The notes: a model not told the origin generated them from the letters alone. Counted from the first letter of the stretch, positions 11,907 through 24,677 are shown. The stretch is 64,000 bases of DNA from Octopus vulgaris (GCA_951406725.2 OX597817.1:52638001-52702000), one strand, 5' to 3'. A program made the numbers and translations.

Positions 11907-12494
11907 ATAAGATCGTTAATTTAGAATAAAATAACGAACTTATCAAGTGGTCAGCATGGAAAAAATAACCTTCAAAGGTAATAATTATTAAAATTATAAA
12001 TTAGGGTATCTACAAGATACCACCATGCTGAAAATGAGTCGGTTCATGGCTGCTATTTTCAGCATGGTGGTATCTCGTAGATAACCTAATCTATAATTAT
12101 ATATATATACACTCGCGCACACATACACAAGTATGTGCCGATATATTTATGCACACACAAACCTGTGTGTGTATATGTGTGTATAGACTACAATCATTAT
12201 CATTTTATTGAGCGCACCTAAGTCATAAGAAGAGTCACTTCACCTGAACACTCTGCGCCGCCGCCACCACCACCACCATCACCACCACCATTAAATAATT
12301 CCTTTACATTTAATCAGTAACCACAGGTAAGATTAAATAGTTTACATGTTTAGCAACTAAGATAATATTATTGTTATGATTGTATATTTACTGATTATGT
12401 GTTACTGTTTAATCTTTAAATAAACAAAACATGACTGTTCATTATGGACATTTTGATTATCAACTTAGTTTTGTCTGTCTGTGTATACACACAT

Positions 12495-12530
<36 letters not shown>

Positions 12531-12690
12531 CATCATCATTAACGTCTGCCTTCCATGCTGGTGTGGATGATGTATGTATATATATATATATATACATTAC
12601 ATACATGCAGTTAAATATACGTCCAGTCATAGAGTGACCAATGGTTTCTTGTCCATAAAGTGCTTAGCATTATACACAACTCATCAAACT

Positions 12691-13060
12691 CAGAGCTGGC
12701 AGAAACGTTCGCAAGCCGGGCGAAATGCTGAGTTCTGAGATCAAATTCCGCTGAGGTCGACTTTGCCTTTCATCTTTCCAAGGTCGATTAAATAAGTACC
12801 AGTTACGCACTGGGGTCGATATAATCGACTTAATCCGTTTGTCTGTCTTTGTTTGTCCCCTCTATGTTTAGCCCCTTATGGGTAGTAAAGAAATAGGTAT
12901 TTCGTCTGTCGCTACGTTCTGAGTTTAGATTCCGCTGAGTTCAAATTTTGCCTTTCATCCTTTCGGTGTCAATAAATTAAGTACCAGTTGCGTACTGGGT
13001 TCGATCTAATCGACTGGCCCCCTCACCGAATTTTCAGGCCTTGTGCCTAGAGTAGAAAAG
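12691..13060 (+). mobile_element. SINE family C, dimeric
   Basis: Two successive TTCTGAG.TCAAATTCCGC.GAGGTCGACTTTGCCTTTCATC...AAGTACCAGTT-like units. Confidence 0.85.
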
Positions 13061-13073
13061 TAGATGTCTGCAG

Positions 13074-13113
<40 letters not shown>

Positions 13114-13202
13114 ATACATGATAGAGTGTGAGCATCCTGAAAGAAAAGTTGGACATAAGAAACATCAGATGTGTGCAAGTGAGATGAATGCACAGGTATG
13201 GT

Positions 13203-13344
13203 CATTCTTTGATAATAATAGGAACATGTTAAAAACAGTTTACAAGGAAGAATCTTGGGAAAATATTACAATAAATATTAATATTTTCCCAAGATTCTTC
13301 CTTGTAAACTGTTTTTAACAAGTTCCTATTATTATCAAAGAATG
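13203..13344. repeat. Near-perfect ~140-bp palindrome
   Basis: CATTCTTTGATAATAATAGGAAC...GGGAAAATATTA / TAATATTTTCCC...GTTCCTATTATTATCAAAGAATG. Confidence 0.95.
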
Positions 13345-13485
13345 TATATATGTATTGTAATATTTTGGGACAACCAGTACCTAACACAACAAAGCTTTTA
13401 CATGTTACTTTTGATAATCTTGTTCTAAAAATGTGAAACCGGTCACGTAAATAAGCATCTTTTAAAATTGCATTTTCAAACCTTC

Positions 13486-13554
<69 letters not shown>

Positions 13555-14276
13555 GAATGACTAATAATAGATGAGGTACAGATACAAATTTTTTATGGCC
13601 AGTTCTACCAGGAGGCCTTAAAATCTTCCAAGTCATCCTCATCACATCAGTGATATACAGGGAGGAACAAACATTGGACAGAGACTGGATAATGGTTTAG
13701 CATCAAGGCTTCTTCAGAGAGTACAAATGTTAGGAAACTAACATGTGGGAAATTCGGTTAGAATACTAGAGGAGGGTAAAATAAAATAAGAAAAAGTAAA
13801 ATAGGTAAAAATAGGAACAAAAATAATGTAAAGTAATGTAAGAGACATGGTAAGACAATATAGGACCTTCTTTTTAAGGTATTGTTATAATCCATGGTAT
13901 TCCATCCTGCTGTAGGTAAATACAGTCACTCTCAGAAGATATATATCCATAGGCTGCGGTTTACATCATGTTTCCATTAGGGGTATAGTGAAGGTAATAT
14001 GTTGTGTGGTGGGTTTTATGGTATGGTCCATGTTTCAGCGGTGAGAAGTTAGAGGCTAGCCGCTATTTAATAGATATAGCATTATGAAAGGAGTTGGTAG
14101 AAATAACATAAATAGAACCTGTTAGGGGAAAATTAAACATATATATACACATACATACATACATACATGCATACATATATATATGTACATACATACACAC
14201 ATACATACATATACATATACAAATATATACATACATATACTTATATATACATATATACAAATGTGAAAAAGTATGC

Positions 14277-14328
<52 letters not shown>

Positions 14329-14554
14329 ACATATATACACACACAACCCTTCTTTCAGTTTCTGTCTACCAAATCCACTCATGAAGCTTTAAGTCAGCCT
14401 ATGTCTATGGCAGAAGGCACTTGCCAAAAATGCCGTGCCATGGGACTGAACCTGGAACCACATGGTGGGGAACTAAGCTTTGTACTACACTGTTACGTCA
14501 ATTCTTTCCCCCCACCTCCACCCCAGTGTGCGTTAGAGGTATGTGTATGAGTTG

Positions 14555-15335
14555 CATAAAAGCCAAAATTTCTTCTCTAAATGTAGTAGAGATTCAACGA
14601 TAAGAACGAGATCATCAGCAGAGCGGAGTTCCAAAGAGCAACCAACCTTAAATTCCTCTGTTATGGCCTGGAAGACTATGATAAGCAAGAATAGCCCAAG
14701 AATTGATCTTTGATGAACTCCTATCTCCACACTAAATTCACAGCTATACTACCATTTTATTGACAACATCCTTCTACATGGCTTGTACAACTCTCACCAG
14801 CCACTCATCAACCCCTAGCTTCCACATAGACAACAAGATAAGTGAGTGGAAGACCCTGTCAAAAGCTTTCTCCATTTTGATAAAAACCTAGTTCAGTGAT
14901 ACCTCGCAGTATGAGTTTAATTCTTTCCATGACCAAACTTGTCTTATGATTTACTCGTTTTACAAATCAATTTTTCCCATTGAAATTAACTAAAATATAA
15001 TTAATCTGTTCCAGCTCCTCACCCAAACCATTCAAAAATAATTTTTTATGGTTTTAAAACAGAAAAGGTGTAGTTACAAGTAAAATGACAATTATAAAAA
15101 AGAGAATTCAAAAGAAATATGTAAACTGGTTTTATTAACTGAATTACCTTAAAGATGGGATGATTTGTGTGCTTGTACTGCGGATTTCTGCTCGTACTTC
15201 AACACAAAAATTTGCATGAGAATCAGCTCGTTCAACAGATTACTCATACAATGGGGCACTCATACTGTGAGGTTCTACTGTATGGAGGTTTAATCTTTTG
15301 GTAAACGCTTCTCCTGCAGTTGTCTCACTAGGAAG
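14555..15335 (-). mobile_element. RTE LINE RT fragment interrupted by a MITE
   Basis: IGVHQRSILGLFLLIIVFQAITEEFKVGCSLELRSADDLVLI; frame continues (LVRQLQEK) beyond 15281. Confidence 0.8.
14894..15280. mobile_element. Tigger/pogo-like MITE
   Basis: TIRs CAGTGATACCTCGCAGTATGAG / CTCATACTGTGAGGTTCTACTG followed by TA. Confidence 0.75.
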
Positions 15336-15401
15336 CTACCATTAGTAATGCTCCCCCCCTCCTCCCTTGCACAAAACCAAAATGTATCTCACCTGGGCTA
15401 A

Positions 15402-15781
15402 TCTCTATATACATAAAGCTGAAGTTGTCTGTATATGGCAGGTTTGGTAGTCTTCAACTAACACTATCTCCTCCGAGACCCTGCGGCACAAGTTGACCAA
15501 AATTGAGAGTATGATAGAAGGCTTGCTCTTCCTTCCATAGAAGAAAAAGTTCAAATCAGACCATGTTAACACCAAAAATTATTTACATCAAAAAGGTGCT
15601 TTTTTTCTATGAAAATCCCTATTTTTAATGATTTTTTGACTGCTGTGTCGCCATTTTTCAGTGTATTTCAACCAGAAAAATGTTCACTTAAAAAGCTACA
15701 TAATGCAAATTTTTTACTTTTCAAAAATTCCAATTCTATATGGTTAAAACAAACTCGAGCAACGCCGGGCGATACTGGTAG
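15402..15781 (+). mobile_element. Non-autonomous Helitron
   Basis: 5' ATCTCTATATACATAAAGCTG; 3' GC-rich hairpin CTCGAGCAACGCCGGG followed by a CTAG-like end (GTAG) and T. Confidence 0.6.
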
Positions 15782-15997
15782 TTTTCTTATGTAAACCTTT
15801 TATCTTTTACTTGTTTCACTGCCATATAGCATTGCTTTTTGCAACACATGCATCATACAGTCTACCTTTCACTCTGACTGAGAGGCTCTTTGTTACAAGT
15901 GAAGGTATTCTTATTCTAGCAGCTACACTCTCAGAGCATCCACCCCTGCTACTAATTTGGTCGCCTAGATAACAAAAGCTATCAACTACTTATATGA

Positions 15998-16112
<115 letters not shown>

Positions 16113-16424
16113 GTATATCTACACACACACACACACACACAGAGTTTTATAGCTTTATCAGAGACTTGAATATGAAGTACAATTTAGGACTGGTCTAGGA
16201 CTTTGAACTTCTTGGAGGAGATGACAAAAGATCAGGATGAGTGGTGACATATGAATCTTGAGAAGCCCTGCTCAACCTAATGAAACTAAGTTCTGGAAGC
16301 ACTCTGTGTGTGTGTGTGTGTGTGTGTGTGAGTGTGCATGTGTGTGTGCACAACAGGGTCCTTCTCAGAATTTTTTCCTCAAGGCACCCCCACCATCTAT
16401 CACCTCTTTAACAGTAGCTTTTCA

Positions 16425-16665
16425 TTGATACCTATTTCTTTACTACCTACAAGGGGCTAAACACAGAGAGGACAAACAAGGAGAGACAAACGGATTACGT
16501 CGATTATATCGACCCCCGTACGTAACTGGTACTTATTTAATCGACCCCGAAAGGATGAAAGGCAAAATCGATCTCGGCAGAATTTGAACTTAGAACACAG
16601 CGGCAGACGAAATACAGCTACACATTTCGCCTGACGTGCTAACATTTCTGTCAGCTCACTGCTTT
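16425..16665 (-). mobile_element. SINE family C
   Basis: Reverse complement of the unit at 12691. Confidence 0.85.
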
Positions 16666-17193
16666 TCATTGATACCATTAATCTTTCTCATGACCAGTAA
16701 CCATTTCACTTGATAGCCATTGCTTGTCCTTAATCTTCACGGCCCATATTTTACATTGATCACCCCACTGACCTACCAAATTGTCTCCCATTCTCATCGA
16801 TCATACATCGATCATTCTCTCTCCATGCACTCTACCTGCCTCTCTCTCTCCTTCCACACTCTTTCAACCTACCAAACCAATGACGATGGGGGTCATCAAT
16901 GACCCCCATCGTGTTTGGTTATGCCCATCCCTTGTCCATCAGTCACTACATCCACTCCTTGACATTTTTCTACAGCCGTTCCCTACTCTTTCCTACCTCT
17001 CTTGCTCGACATCCTTCAGCAACTGCTCTTCATTCATTAAACTCACCCCATCACCCATTTTACCATCTCTCACTCCAGGCCCTTAACACTGTTGCAACCT
17101 CTACCCACCCACACTCAGTTTTTCTGTCCCTATTCACTTCTACTCATCTTGTATCTTTGAGGATCCACTCAGACACCTCATCCCCATTACTTT

Positions 17194-17523
17194 CACATTA
17201 TTTACAATGGACGGATAGGTGTCTTCATCTTGTTGGTTTTTACCACATTTCAGCTGATGTACTCTCCAGCTTTCATCAGATGTTCTGGTGGAATTTCGAA
17301 CCAAACCCTTTATTTGATTAATGGGGTACACTATTCTCATTTCTAAGGTAATCTTAGGAATGAGAACAGAATATCACATTAGTCAAATAAATTCCACCAG
17401 AACACCTGATGAAGGCTGGAGAATACACCATCTGAAATGTTGCGGTAACAACAAAATGAGGACATCTGTCCACCCATTGTAAATACTCTACCTAATTCTT
17501 CATCTCAAAAGTATAGAATAGTA
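17194..17523. mobile_element. Head-to-head hammerhead family 1 variant with 10-bp TSD
   Basis: Decayed hammerheads at 17241-17285 (-) and 17401-17447 (+); TSD CCATTACTTT at 17184-17193 and 17524-17533. Confidence 0.8.
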
Positions 17524-17919
17524 CCATTACTTTTACCTCTTCCCAACTCCAACCGGATCACTTCTAACCTTTTTTCTAAAACCTGAACAGCCATTTAGTT
17601 TCTCTACAGCAAAAAAACCTCTTCTGCTCTGGCCTCATCTCTCATCTTTAAACCCTTCGTCTATTAGTGTAAAGTCATCTATCTTTGAGTTTGTAGTCTT
17701 GCAATATCACTAGCACTGACAGAAAGCTCCCAGTGCCCACTTTAAAGTGGTTGGCATAACGAAGGGCATAGGATGGGTTGGCATTAGAAAGCCGTCAATA
17801 CTGTGCCAAAAGAGGCATTGGATCACAATACTTGGATCCATAGGCTCTTCATCTACCAAACCCATTCACAAAGCTTTGTTTGGTGATGGGTTATCGTAGA
17901 AAACCCTGGAAATCTATAT

Positions 17920-18110
17920 AGATCTTCTTCTATCAAGGATTCTGGATGAGTGTACCTCATGGCAGGAAATGCAGATAAGGGTAGTAACATCAAATACCCT
18001 CGTTCACCAAATGCCACATATCAGAGGAGATTTAAAGCAATGAAGGTGTAGCAAAGCTAACAACAGTGCCCCAGTATGGCCACAACTCTTCAGCTGAAAC
18101 TAATAAAAGA
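17920..18110 (+). mobile_element. CR1/L2-group LINE 3' end
   Basis: Homologous to 29880-30050 and 54820-55000. Confidence 0.75.
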
Positions 18111-18455
18111 GTTATATCACATACCTGCTATCATGAAATTTTTACAAAAAAGCAAAAGACAAATGGAGACAAGGAACTCTTGGTGCATTTATAAATAAAA
18201 AAAAAACAGATTCAACATCAAATAATCTTTTCTACTCTAGGCACAAGGCCCGACATTTTGGGGGAAGGGGCCAGTTGATTAGATTGACCCCAGTACGCAA
18301 CTGGCACTTAATTTATCGACCCTGGAAGGATGAAAATTAAAATTGATCTCAGCAGAATTGGAACTCAAAACGTAAAGACAGATAAAATAATGCTAAGTAT
18401 TTTGCTCAGCGTGCTAACATTTCTGCCAGCTCTCTGTCTTAAATTCAACATTGAA

Positions 18456-19030
18456 TCATCATCATCATCATTTAACATCCGTTTTCCATGCTAACATGGG
18501 TTGGACGGTTTTGACTGAGGGCTGGTGAACCAGATGGTTGCACCAGGTTTGAGTCTTGATCTGGCAGAGTTTCTACAGCTGGATGCCCTTCCTAATGCCA
18601 ACCACTCCGAGAGTGTAGTGGGTGCTTTTTATGTGCCACCTGCACGGGGGCCAGTCAGCGGTACTGGCAATGACCTCACTCGAATCTTTTTTACACGTGC
18701 TACCGGCACAGGTGCCAGTGAAGCGACGTTGGTAACGATCATGCTCGAATGATGCCCTTTTACGTGCCACAAGTACGGAAGCCAGTTGGCTGCTCTGGCA
18801 ACGATCATGCTCGGATGGTGCTATTGGCACCCTACTAGCACAGGCATAAATGCCAGTAAGGTGACGCTGGTAATGATCATATTCGAATATCCGCTCTGTC
18901 AACAATCACACTCGTATGGTGCTCTTTGCACCCTGCTAGCACGGATGCTAGTCATTGAAATGATTTTGATTTTGATTTTGATTTCACTTGCCTCAACAGG
19001 TCTTCGCAAGCAAAGTTTAGTGACCAAAGA
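18456..19030 (-). mobile_element. RTE LINE 3' UTR/tail with tandem units
   Basis: (GAT)n tail, GGCATTAGGAAGGGCATCCAGCTGTAGAAAC core and repeated AAAAGCACC units. Confidence 0.85.
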
Positions 19031-19109
19031 AGGAATAATGAAACAAAAATGAAGAGCATAGGGACCTTGAAAAAGCCAGAAGTTTCTCTACTTATTTCTG
19101 TGTTTGCAT

Positions 19110-19141
19110 CTGTTGAAGAGCGTAGGCTCGAAACGTAAAAG
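19110..19141 (+). ncRNA. Variant hammerhead (family 3), helix I disrupted
   Basis: CTGTTGA-a-GAGCgtagGCTC-GAAACGTA-AAAG. Confidence 0.55.
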
Positions 19142-19534
19142 ACTTTCTCACCTTCCTGAGTGTTAAACTAATACATCTGTTTGTTGTTTACATAGCCGTT
19201 TCCGTCTTTTTTTTTTTTTTGTAAATTCCAACTATATTAATGATATTTTATAAGCTTAAAGCTTATAAGCAATCACCGTGCATTGACAAAGGTAAATAGT
19301 CTAATGTTGGGGGCATATAAGCCTTCGACGGAGAAAAGCAGGGTTTGCCATACATATGGGCCTCGAACATACAAACATATACATACATACATACATATAT
19401 ATATGAAGGGCTTCTTTCAGTTTCTGTCTACCAGTTTCACTCACAAGGTTTTGGTTGGCCCAAGGCTATAGTAGAAGACACTTGCCCAAGGTGTGGTTGG
19501 TAAGCAAGCTACTTACCACACAGCCACTCCTGCG

Positions 19535-19570
<36 letters not shown>

Positions 19571-20243
19571 AATATATATACATGCATGCATGCATGCATT
19601 CATACATACATACATACATACATATATACATACATATATACATACATACATACATACAAGGTGGTATCAAAAACTTCCCGAACTAGTTCTGTAGCTGCCA
19701 ACGTATTATAGCAGCACACAACTGTGTGTATGGTGAGAACCAGTGTTGACCTTCTTGAGGCAATGTACCGAGTGACTTCACTGTGTTTACTTTGCAAGTC
19801 GTGAGATTTGTGATCCCGTGTATGCTGTACTATGAGATTTTGTCATTGACAGGGACAAAGAGCCAACATGAAATTTTGCGTTAAACTTGGGAAGTCTGTT
19901 ACAGAGACTATGAGCATGCTTTGGCAAGCTAACAACAATGAGGCAATGGGTGGGTCGAGTGGCACGAGTTCTTCGAAAGTGGAAGAACATCCTTGGAAGG
20001 CGATGAATGATCTGGAAGGCCTGCCATAAGTGCAGCCCTGGAAATGGGGAAAGAATTCATCAGCTTCTGCACGAAGATCACCAGAGGACAATCAATGATG
20101 TTTAGATGCATTTGAGGAGGTGGGGTCATTCTGTGAGTGCAACAAGATCTACGGAGCATGAAGAATTAGATCCTTCATGACAACAATGCAGTCATCAAGT
20201 TCTCCTCACTCATGCGTATCTCTCCAAAAAGAATATGGTATCA

Positions 20244-20576
20244 CAGTTCTATAATTAAGAGATGAGGAATTATGTACATTATTTACATTATTTACATTTG
20301 ACGGATATTTTTCCTCATCTTGTTTGTTGTTAACATGTTTTGGCTGGTATACTCACTAACCTTCATCAGGTGTCTTGGGGAAATTTCGAACCTCGGTTCT
20401 CATTCCTAAGGTATTTTTTGATGTTATTATTATTATTATTATTGTAGTTGTTGTTGTTGTTCAGGTCACTGCTTGGAATTGACTTTGGAATCTTGGGGTT
20501 AGTAGCCTGCACTCTTAACCCCTATGCCATATGCCCATGGGCATATGGTGTAGTGACCAAGCAGTGACCTGAACAA

Positions 20577-20640
<64 letters not shown>

Positions 20641-20802
20641 AATAATAACAATAATAATAATAACATCGAAAAATACCTTAGGAATGAGAACCCATGTTTG
20701 AAATTTCCCCAAGACACCTGATGAAGGCTGGAGGGTATATCAGCTGAAATGTTGTGTTAAAACAAACAAGATGAGGACAAATATCTGTCAAATGTAAATA
20801 AT
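20244..20802. mobile_element. tRNA-headed hammerhead element (family 1), head-to-head dimer with 13-bp TSD
   Basis: Palindrome centred on GCCATATGCCCATGGGCATATGG (~20526-20548); TSD GAATATGGTATCA at 20231-20243 and 20803-20815 inside the mariner. Confidence 0.88.
20713..20758 (+). ncRNA. Minimal type-I hammerhead ribozyme, family 1
   Basis: GACAC-CTGATGA-a-GGCTG gagggtatat CAGCT-GAAAt-GTT-GTGTT; helices I and II pair; decayed antisense copy at ~20330-20374. Confidence 0.75.
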
Positions 20803-21242
20803 GAATATGGTATCAGTTCTACATCCACCCTATTCTCCAGATTTAGCTCCTGCAGACTTCCATCTCTTCTTCAAGATGAAAATGCAGCTCAAAGGTTGCT
20901 GTTTTAACCCTTTTGTTGAGATGAAGAGTGAATTGTAGAAAACAACTTCCAGGACTGATTCCGAAAGTGGCAGGAATGCTGGACCCATGCATTGCTGCAC
21001 AGGGAGACTATTTGAAAAGAGATGATGTCAAAACTTAGGTAACTGGTCTAGGAACCTTTTGATACCACCTCGTATATGCATATATATATGTATGTGTGTA
21101 TTTACAAACATACATACATACATGTATTATCTACATGTATATATGCAGACATGCACAAACACACATATATATGTATGTATATGTATTTACATACATACAT
21201 ATATTTTTACATGTATATATGCATACTCAAACGTGTATACAC

Positions 21243-21326
<84 letters not shown>

Positions 21327-21342
21327 GCATATGCACATATAT

Positions 21343-22123
21343 AAATTCAGAGAGCCGTTACCTCTGTTGGCCACAAAAGGTTTCTCTCTCCGAATGAAAG
21401 GAAGATTGCATGATGCATGTATATGGACAGCAATTCTACATGGTAGTGAGGTGTGGGCCCTGAATTCAGAGAACATGCAAAGGTTAGAAAGGAATGAAGC
21501 TAGTATGCTCCGTTGGATGTGTAATGTAAGTGTACATGTTCAACAGAGTACCAATATTCTGAGAGAAAAGTTAGGCATAAGAGGAATTAGTTGCTGTGTG
21601 CAAGAGACAAGACTGCACATGTTTGGTCATGTGATGTGGAGGGGTGCCAACAGTTCCATAAAGAAGTGTCAATCTCTCAAAGTAAATGGAACATGTGTAA
21701 GTGAGAGACGCAGAAAGATATGGGATGAGGTACTGAAGAACAACATCAAGATGCTGCAATTTTCAGGCAACCTGACAAAGGATCGAGATGCCTGTTGCTT
21801 TGCTATACTCAAGAAGACCCGTACTCTGCACAAGAAGTGTTAAGACAGGTTCCTCTGGTGTGAAGCACTCATTACAGTACCATGTAAAGCACCTGAGCAG
21901 TGCCATGTAAAAGCGCCTGTGCATAGCCATGAAAAAGCACTCATGTGGTGGCGCATAAAAGCAACCAGCACACTTTGTAAAGTGGTTGGCACTAGGTAGG
22001 GCATCCAGCTGTGGAAACCATGCCAAATCAGGCTGAAGTCTGGTGCAGCTCTTCAGCTTGTCAGCTCTGGTCAAACCGTCCAACCCATGTCAGGTTGGAC
22101 AACACACATTAAATGATGATGAT
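21343..22123 (+). mobile_element. RTE LINE 3' fragment plus tail
   Basis: KFREPLPLLATKGFSLRMKGRLHDACIWTAILHGSEVW...; ends in (GAT)n. Confidence 0.9.
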
Positions 22124-22214
22124 TATATATATATATATATATATATAAAAGGAAATGAAGAAAATGCTGACAAATAATTGAAGTAATTTAAGTAATTTAA
22201 TTAGGTGAAAGTTC

Positions 22215-22250
22215 TTTTTACCGGTTGCGCATTTGTTATGCTTATCAAAA
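22215..22250 (-). ncRNA. Decayed minimal hammerhead
   Basis: TTTTGATAA-GCAT aacaa ATGC-GCAACCGGTA-AAAA; core mutated but helix II and the ACCGGT palindrome are retained. Confidence 0.4.
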
Positions 22251-22411
22251 TATAAAAGAGAGATTAGAGTTCCTTTCTTATAGAATTTTTCCTCTTATAT
22301 ATATATATATATATATATATACGAAGAGTTTACAAAAAAAACGAAAGATGAAGACAGGTGGTGTACAAAACAAACAGATGTATTAGTATAACACTCAGGA
22401 ATAGAAAAAGT

Positions 22412-22447
22412 CTTTTACGTTTCGAGCCTACGCTCTTCTACAGAAAG
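22412..22447 (-). ncRNA. Variant minimal hammerhead (family 3), all helices intact
   Basis: CTTT-CTGTAGA-a-GAGCgtagGCTC-GAAACGTA-AAAG. Confidence 0.65.
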
Positions 22448-22514
22448 GGGACACAGAAAAAAAAAAACAAAGAGAGAAAAATATGTGTGTAGTGGCTAAT
22501 GATCTATCATGGTG

Positions 22515-22572
<58 letters not shown>

Positions 22573-23149
22573 GTGTGTATATGTATATTTACATACATAA
22601 GTACATAGATATATTATCAACATGTATACATGGACACATACACATGTATACACACACACACATCTATATATAAACATATATATATACATATATATATATC
22701 TGTAAATGTAATATGTGACAATTATTTGGTAGCCATGATAAAACTCCAAGTTTCGGATGCCGAGGTGGAAATCCATGCCGCCATCAGAGAAAATGCTATG
22801 AAATGATCATTATGCTTATACACATATATAAACACACACACACACACACACACATATACATAAGTAATGTTTATCACCACTTCAACATGGCTGTTCCATA
22901 GGAACTGGCTTCACTACCATTTTTAACTCTTGGGAGGATGCCTCCCCAGCTGGTTCCCGATGCAATTTGTACCCAATATATATTGAAAGCTGGTGAACAA
23001 ACCCTCACCATATTCCAGCAATGATGGGACCACCAGACTATCCATTTTTGAGCTATTTGTGCTCATCCTCAGTGGTGGACAACTGTCTGCTTGAGATAGC
23101 AGTAGTTCTCACCAGCAGAAAAATAAGTGACAACCAATCAATGATCTTA

Positions 23150-23705
23150 TGACACCCCTGCTGGTGACACATAAAAAGCACCATTCAAGTATAATCGTTG
23201 CCAGTTTTGCCTGACTGGCTCCTCTGCTGGTGGCATGTAAATAGCACCATACAGGTGTAGTTGAAGTCAGTTCCACGTGATTCGTCCTCTGCTGGTGGCA
23301 CGTGAAAAGCACCATGCATGTAAAAAGCATCATTCAAGCATGGTCTTGCCAGTGCCACCTGACTGGCTTCCATGCTGGGAGCATGTAAAAAGCACCATTT
23401 AAGCTTGGTCCTTGCTAGTGCCACCTCACTGGCTCCCATGCCAGAGGAACATAAAAAGCACCATTCAAGTGTGGTCATTGCCAGTTCCACCTGACTGGCC
23501 CATGTGCCAGTGGCATGCAAGACACACCCACTAAACTCTTGGAGTGGTTGGTGTTAGGAAGAGCATCAAGCTGTAGAAATCTTCCAGATTTGATTGGAGC
23601 CTGGTGCAGCCTCCTGGCTTGTCAGTCCTCAATCAAACTGTCTGACCCATGGCAGCATGGAAGGCAGACATTAAAACAATGATGATGAAAACGATGATGA
23701 TGATA
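23150..23705 (+). mobile_element. RTE tail with about 6 tandem ~60-bp units
   Basis: Repeated AAAAGCACCATTCAAG...GCCAGT...CTGACTGGCT...GGTGGCA, then conserved core and (GAT)n. Confidence 0.85.
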
Positions 23706-23949
23706 TATATGTATATGTATATATACAAAGAATGGGGATTTAGTTCACAGGTGATCTAAATGATTAGGTACGCTAGGTAAGTGCTGTAACAGATTAGTAA
23801 GGCTCCAAGGTTATAGCTGGGATGGCAGTTATGGAGAGATTGTAGATTTCTGGTGCAGCAGATATATAATTGTTAAATAGGACAGCAAACATTAAGGCAA
23901 GGCAAACATCTCAAGTCGTATACAATATTATTATAGGAAGACATTCAAA

Positions 23950-24006
23950 GTCTTAACAGCTGTTTCTGGGATATCTCTGAGTATGGGATATTCTGTCGTC
24001 AGAGAC
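23950..24006 (-). ncRNA. Type-I hammerhead (family 4), partly decayed
   Basis: GTCT-CTGACGA-cagaATATC...GATATccca-GAAACAGCTGTT-AAGAC; ACAGCTGT palindrome. Confidence 0.6.
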
Positions 24007-24365
24007 GAATAGGGAAAAAATAAGGAAAATGAGAAAGGTATATATTAATAAGATGATAAAATAGAAGAAGGGAGTAAAAGAATAAGGTGATGGAAAGATG
24101 GAAGAAAAGAGAAGTATAAAGGTTCAGAGTTCAACTTTCTTAGGTTATAGAAACCAGTGCATGAGTCCTTAGGTGCAATCCTGTGTAGATCCATGAGCGT
24201 AAGTCCTTAGGTGCAATCCTGTGTATATCCATGTGGGTTAAAATCCTGATATAGTAGATATCCCAAGAAAAAAGATGCAAGCGTATCAATGTTCAATAAC
24301 AGAATGGTTGCAATGAAGATATATACATATATACACATGCATATATGTACATACATAAATTTATA

Positions 24366-24530
24366 TACCGGAGTAAACATATAAATGTGAAAACAAGGTG
24401 GAAAAAAGAGTACTCAAATACCAGTGGTAGAGTAATATGCTTTATTTAAAAGCAGCAGAAAATTCAACAAAACCTGTTACTCAGAGTAACAGGTTTTGTT
24501 GAATTTTCTGCTGCTTTTAAATAAAGTATA
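24366..24530. mobile_element. Fold-back copy of hammerhead family 5
   Basis: Inverts at CCTGTTACTCAGAGTAACAGG; same family as 25696-25900 and 26940-27150. Confidence 0.75.
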
Positions 24531-24677
24531 CATATATATATTCATATATATACATACATACAAATATATATATATATATATATATATACATACATACAAA
24601 TATATATATATATATATACATACATACAAATATATATATATATATATACATACATACAAATATATATATATATATAT

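Larger units (their letters stand above)
19657..21072 (+). mobile_element. Decayed mariner transposon
   Basis: TIRs CAAGGTGGTATCAAAA / TTTTGATACCACCTCG, TA on both sides; transposase remnants KFCVKLGKS and HPPYSPDLAPADFHLF. Confidence 0.92.

Noticed and set aside
22740-22795. Minus-strand CTGATGG...GAAACTTGGAGTT hammerhead-like motif
   Set aside because: Core altered and helix I does not close; at most a relic
23150-23530. CRISPR-like repeat array
   Set aside because: Whole units are homologous with no unique spacers, the context is a eukaryotic LINE tail, and there are no cas genes
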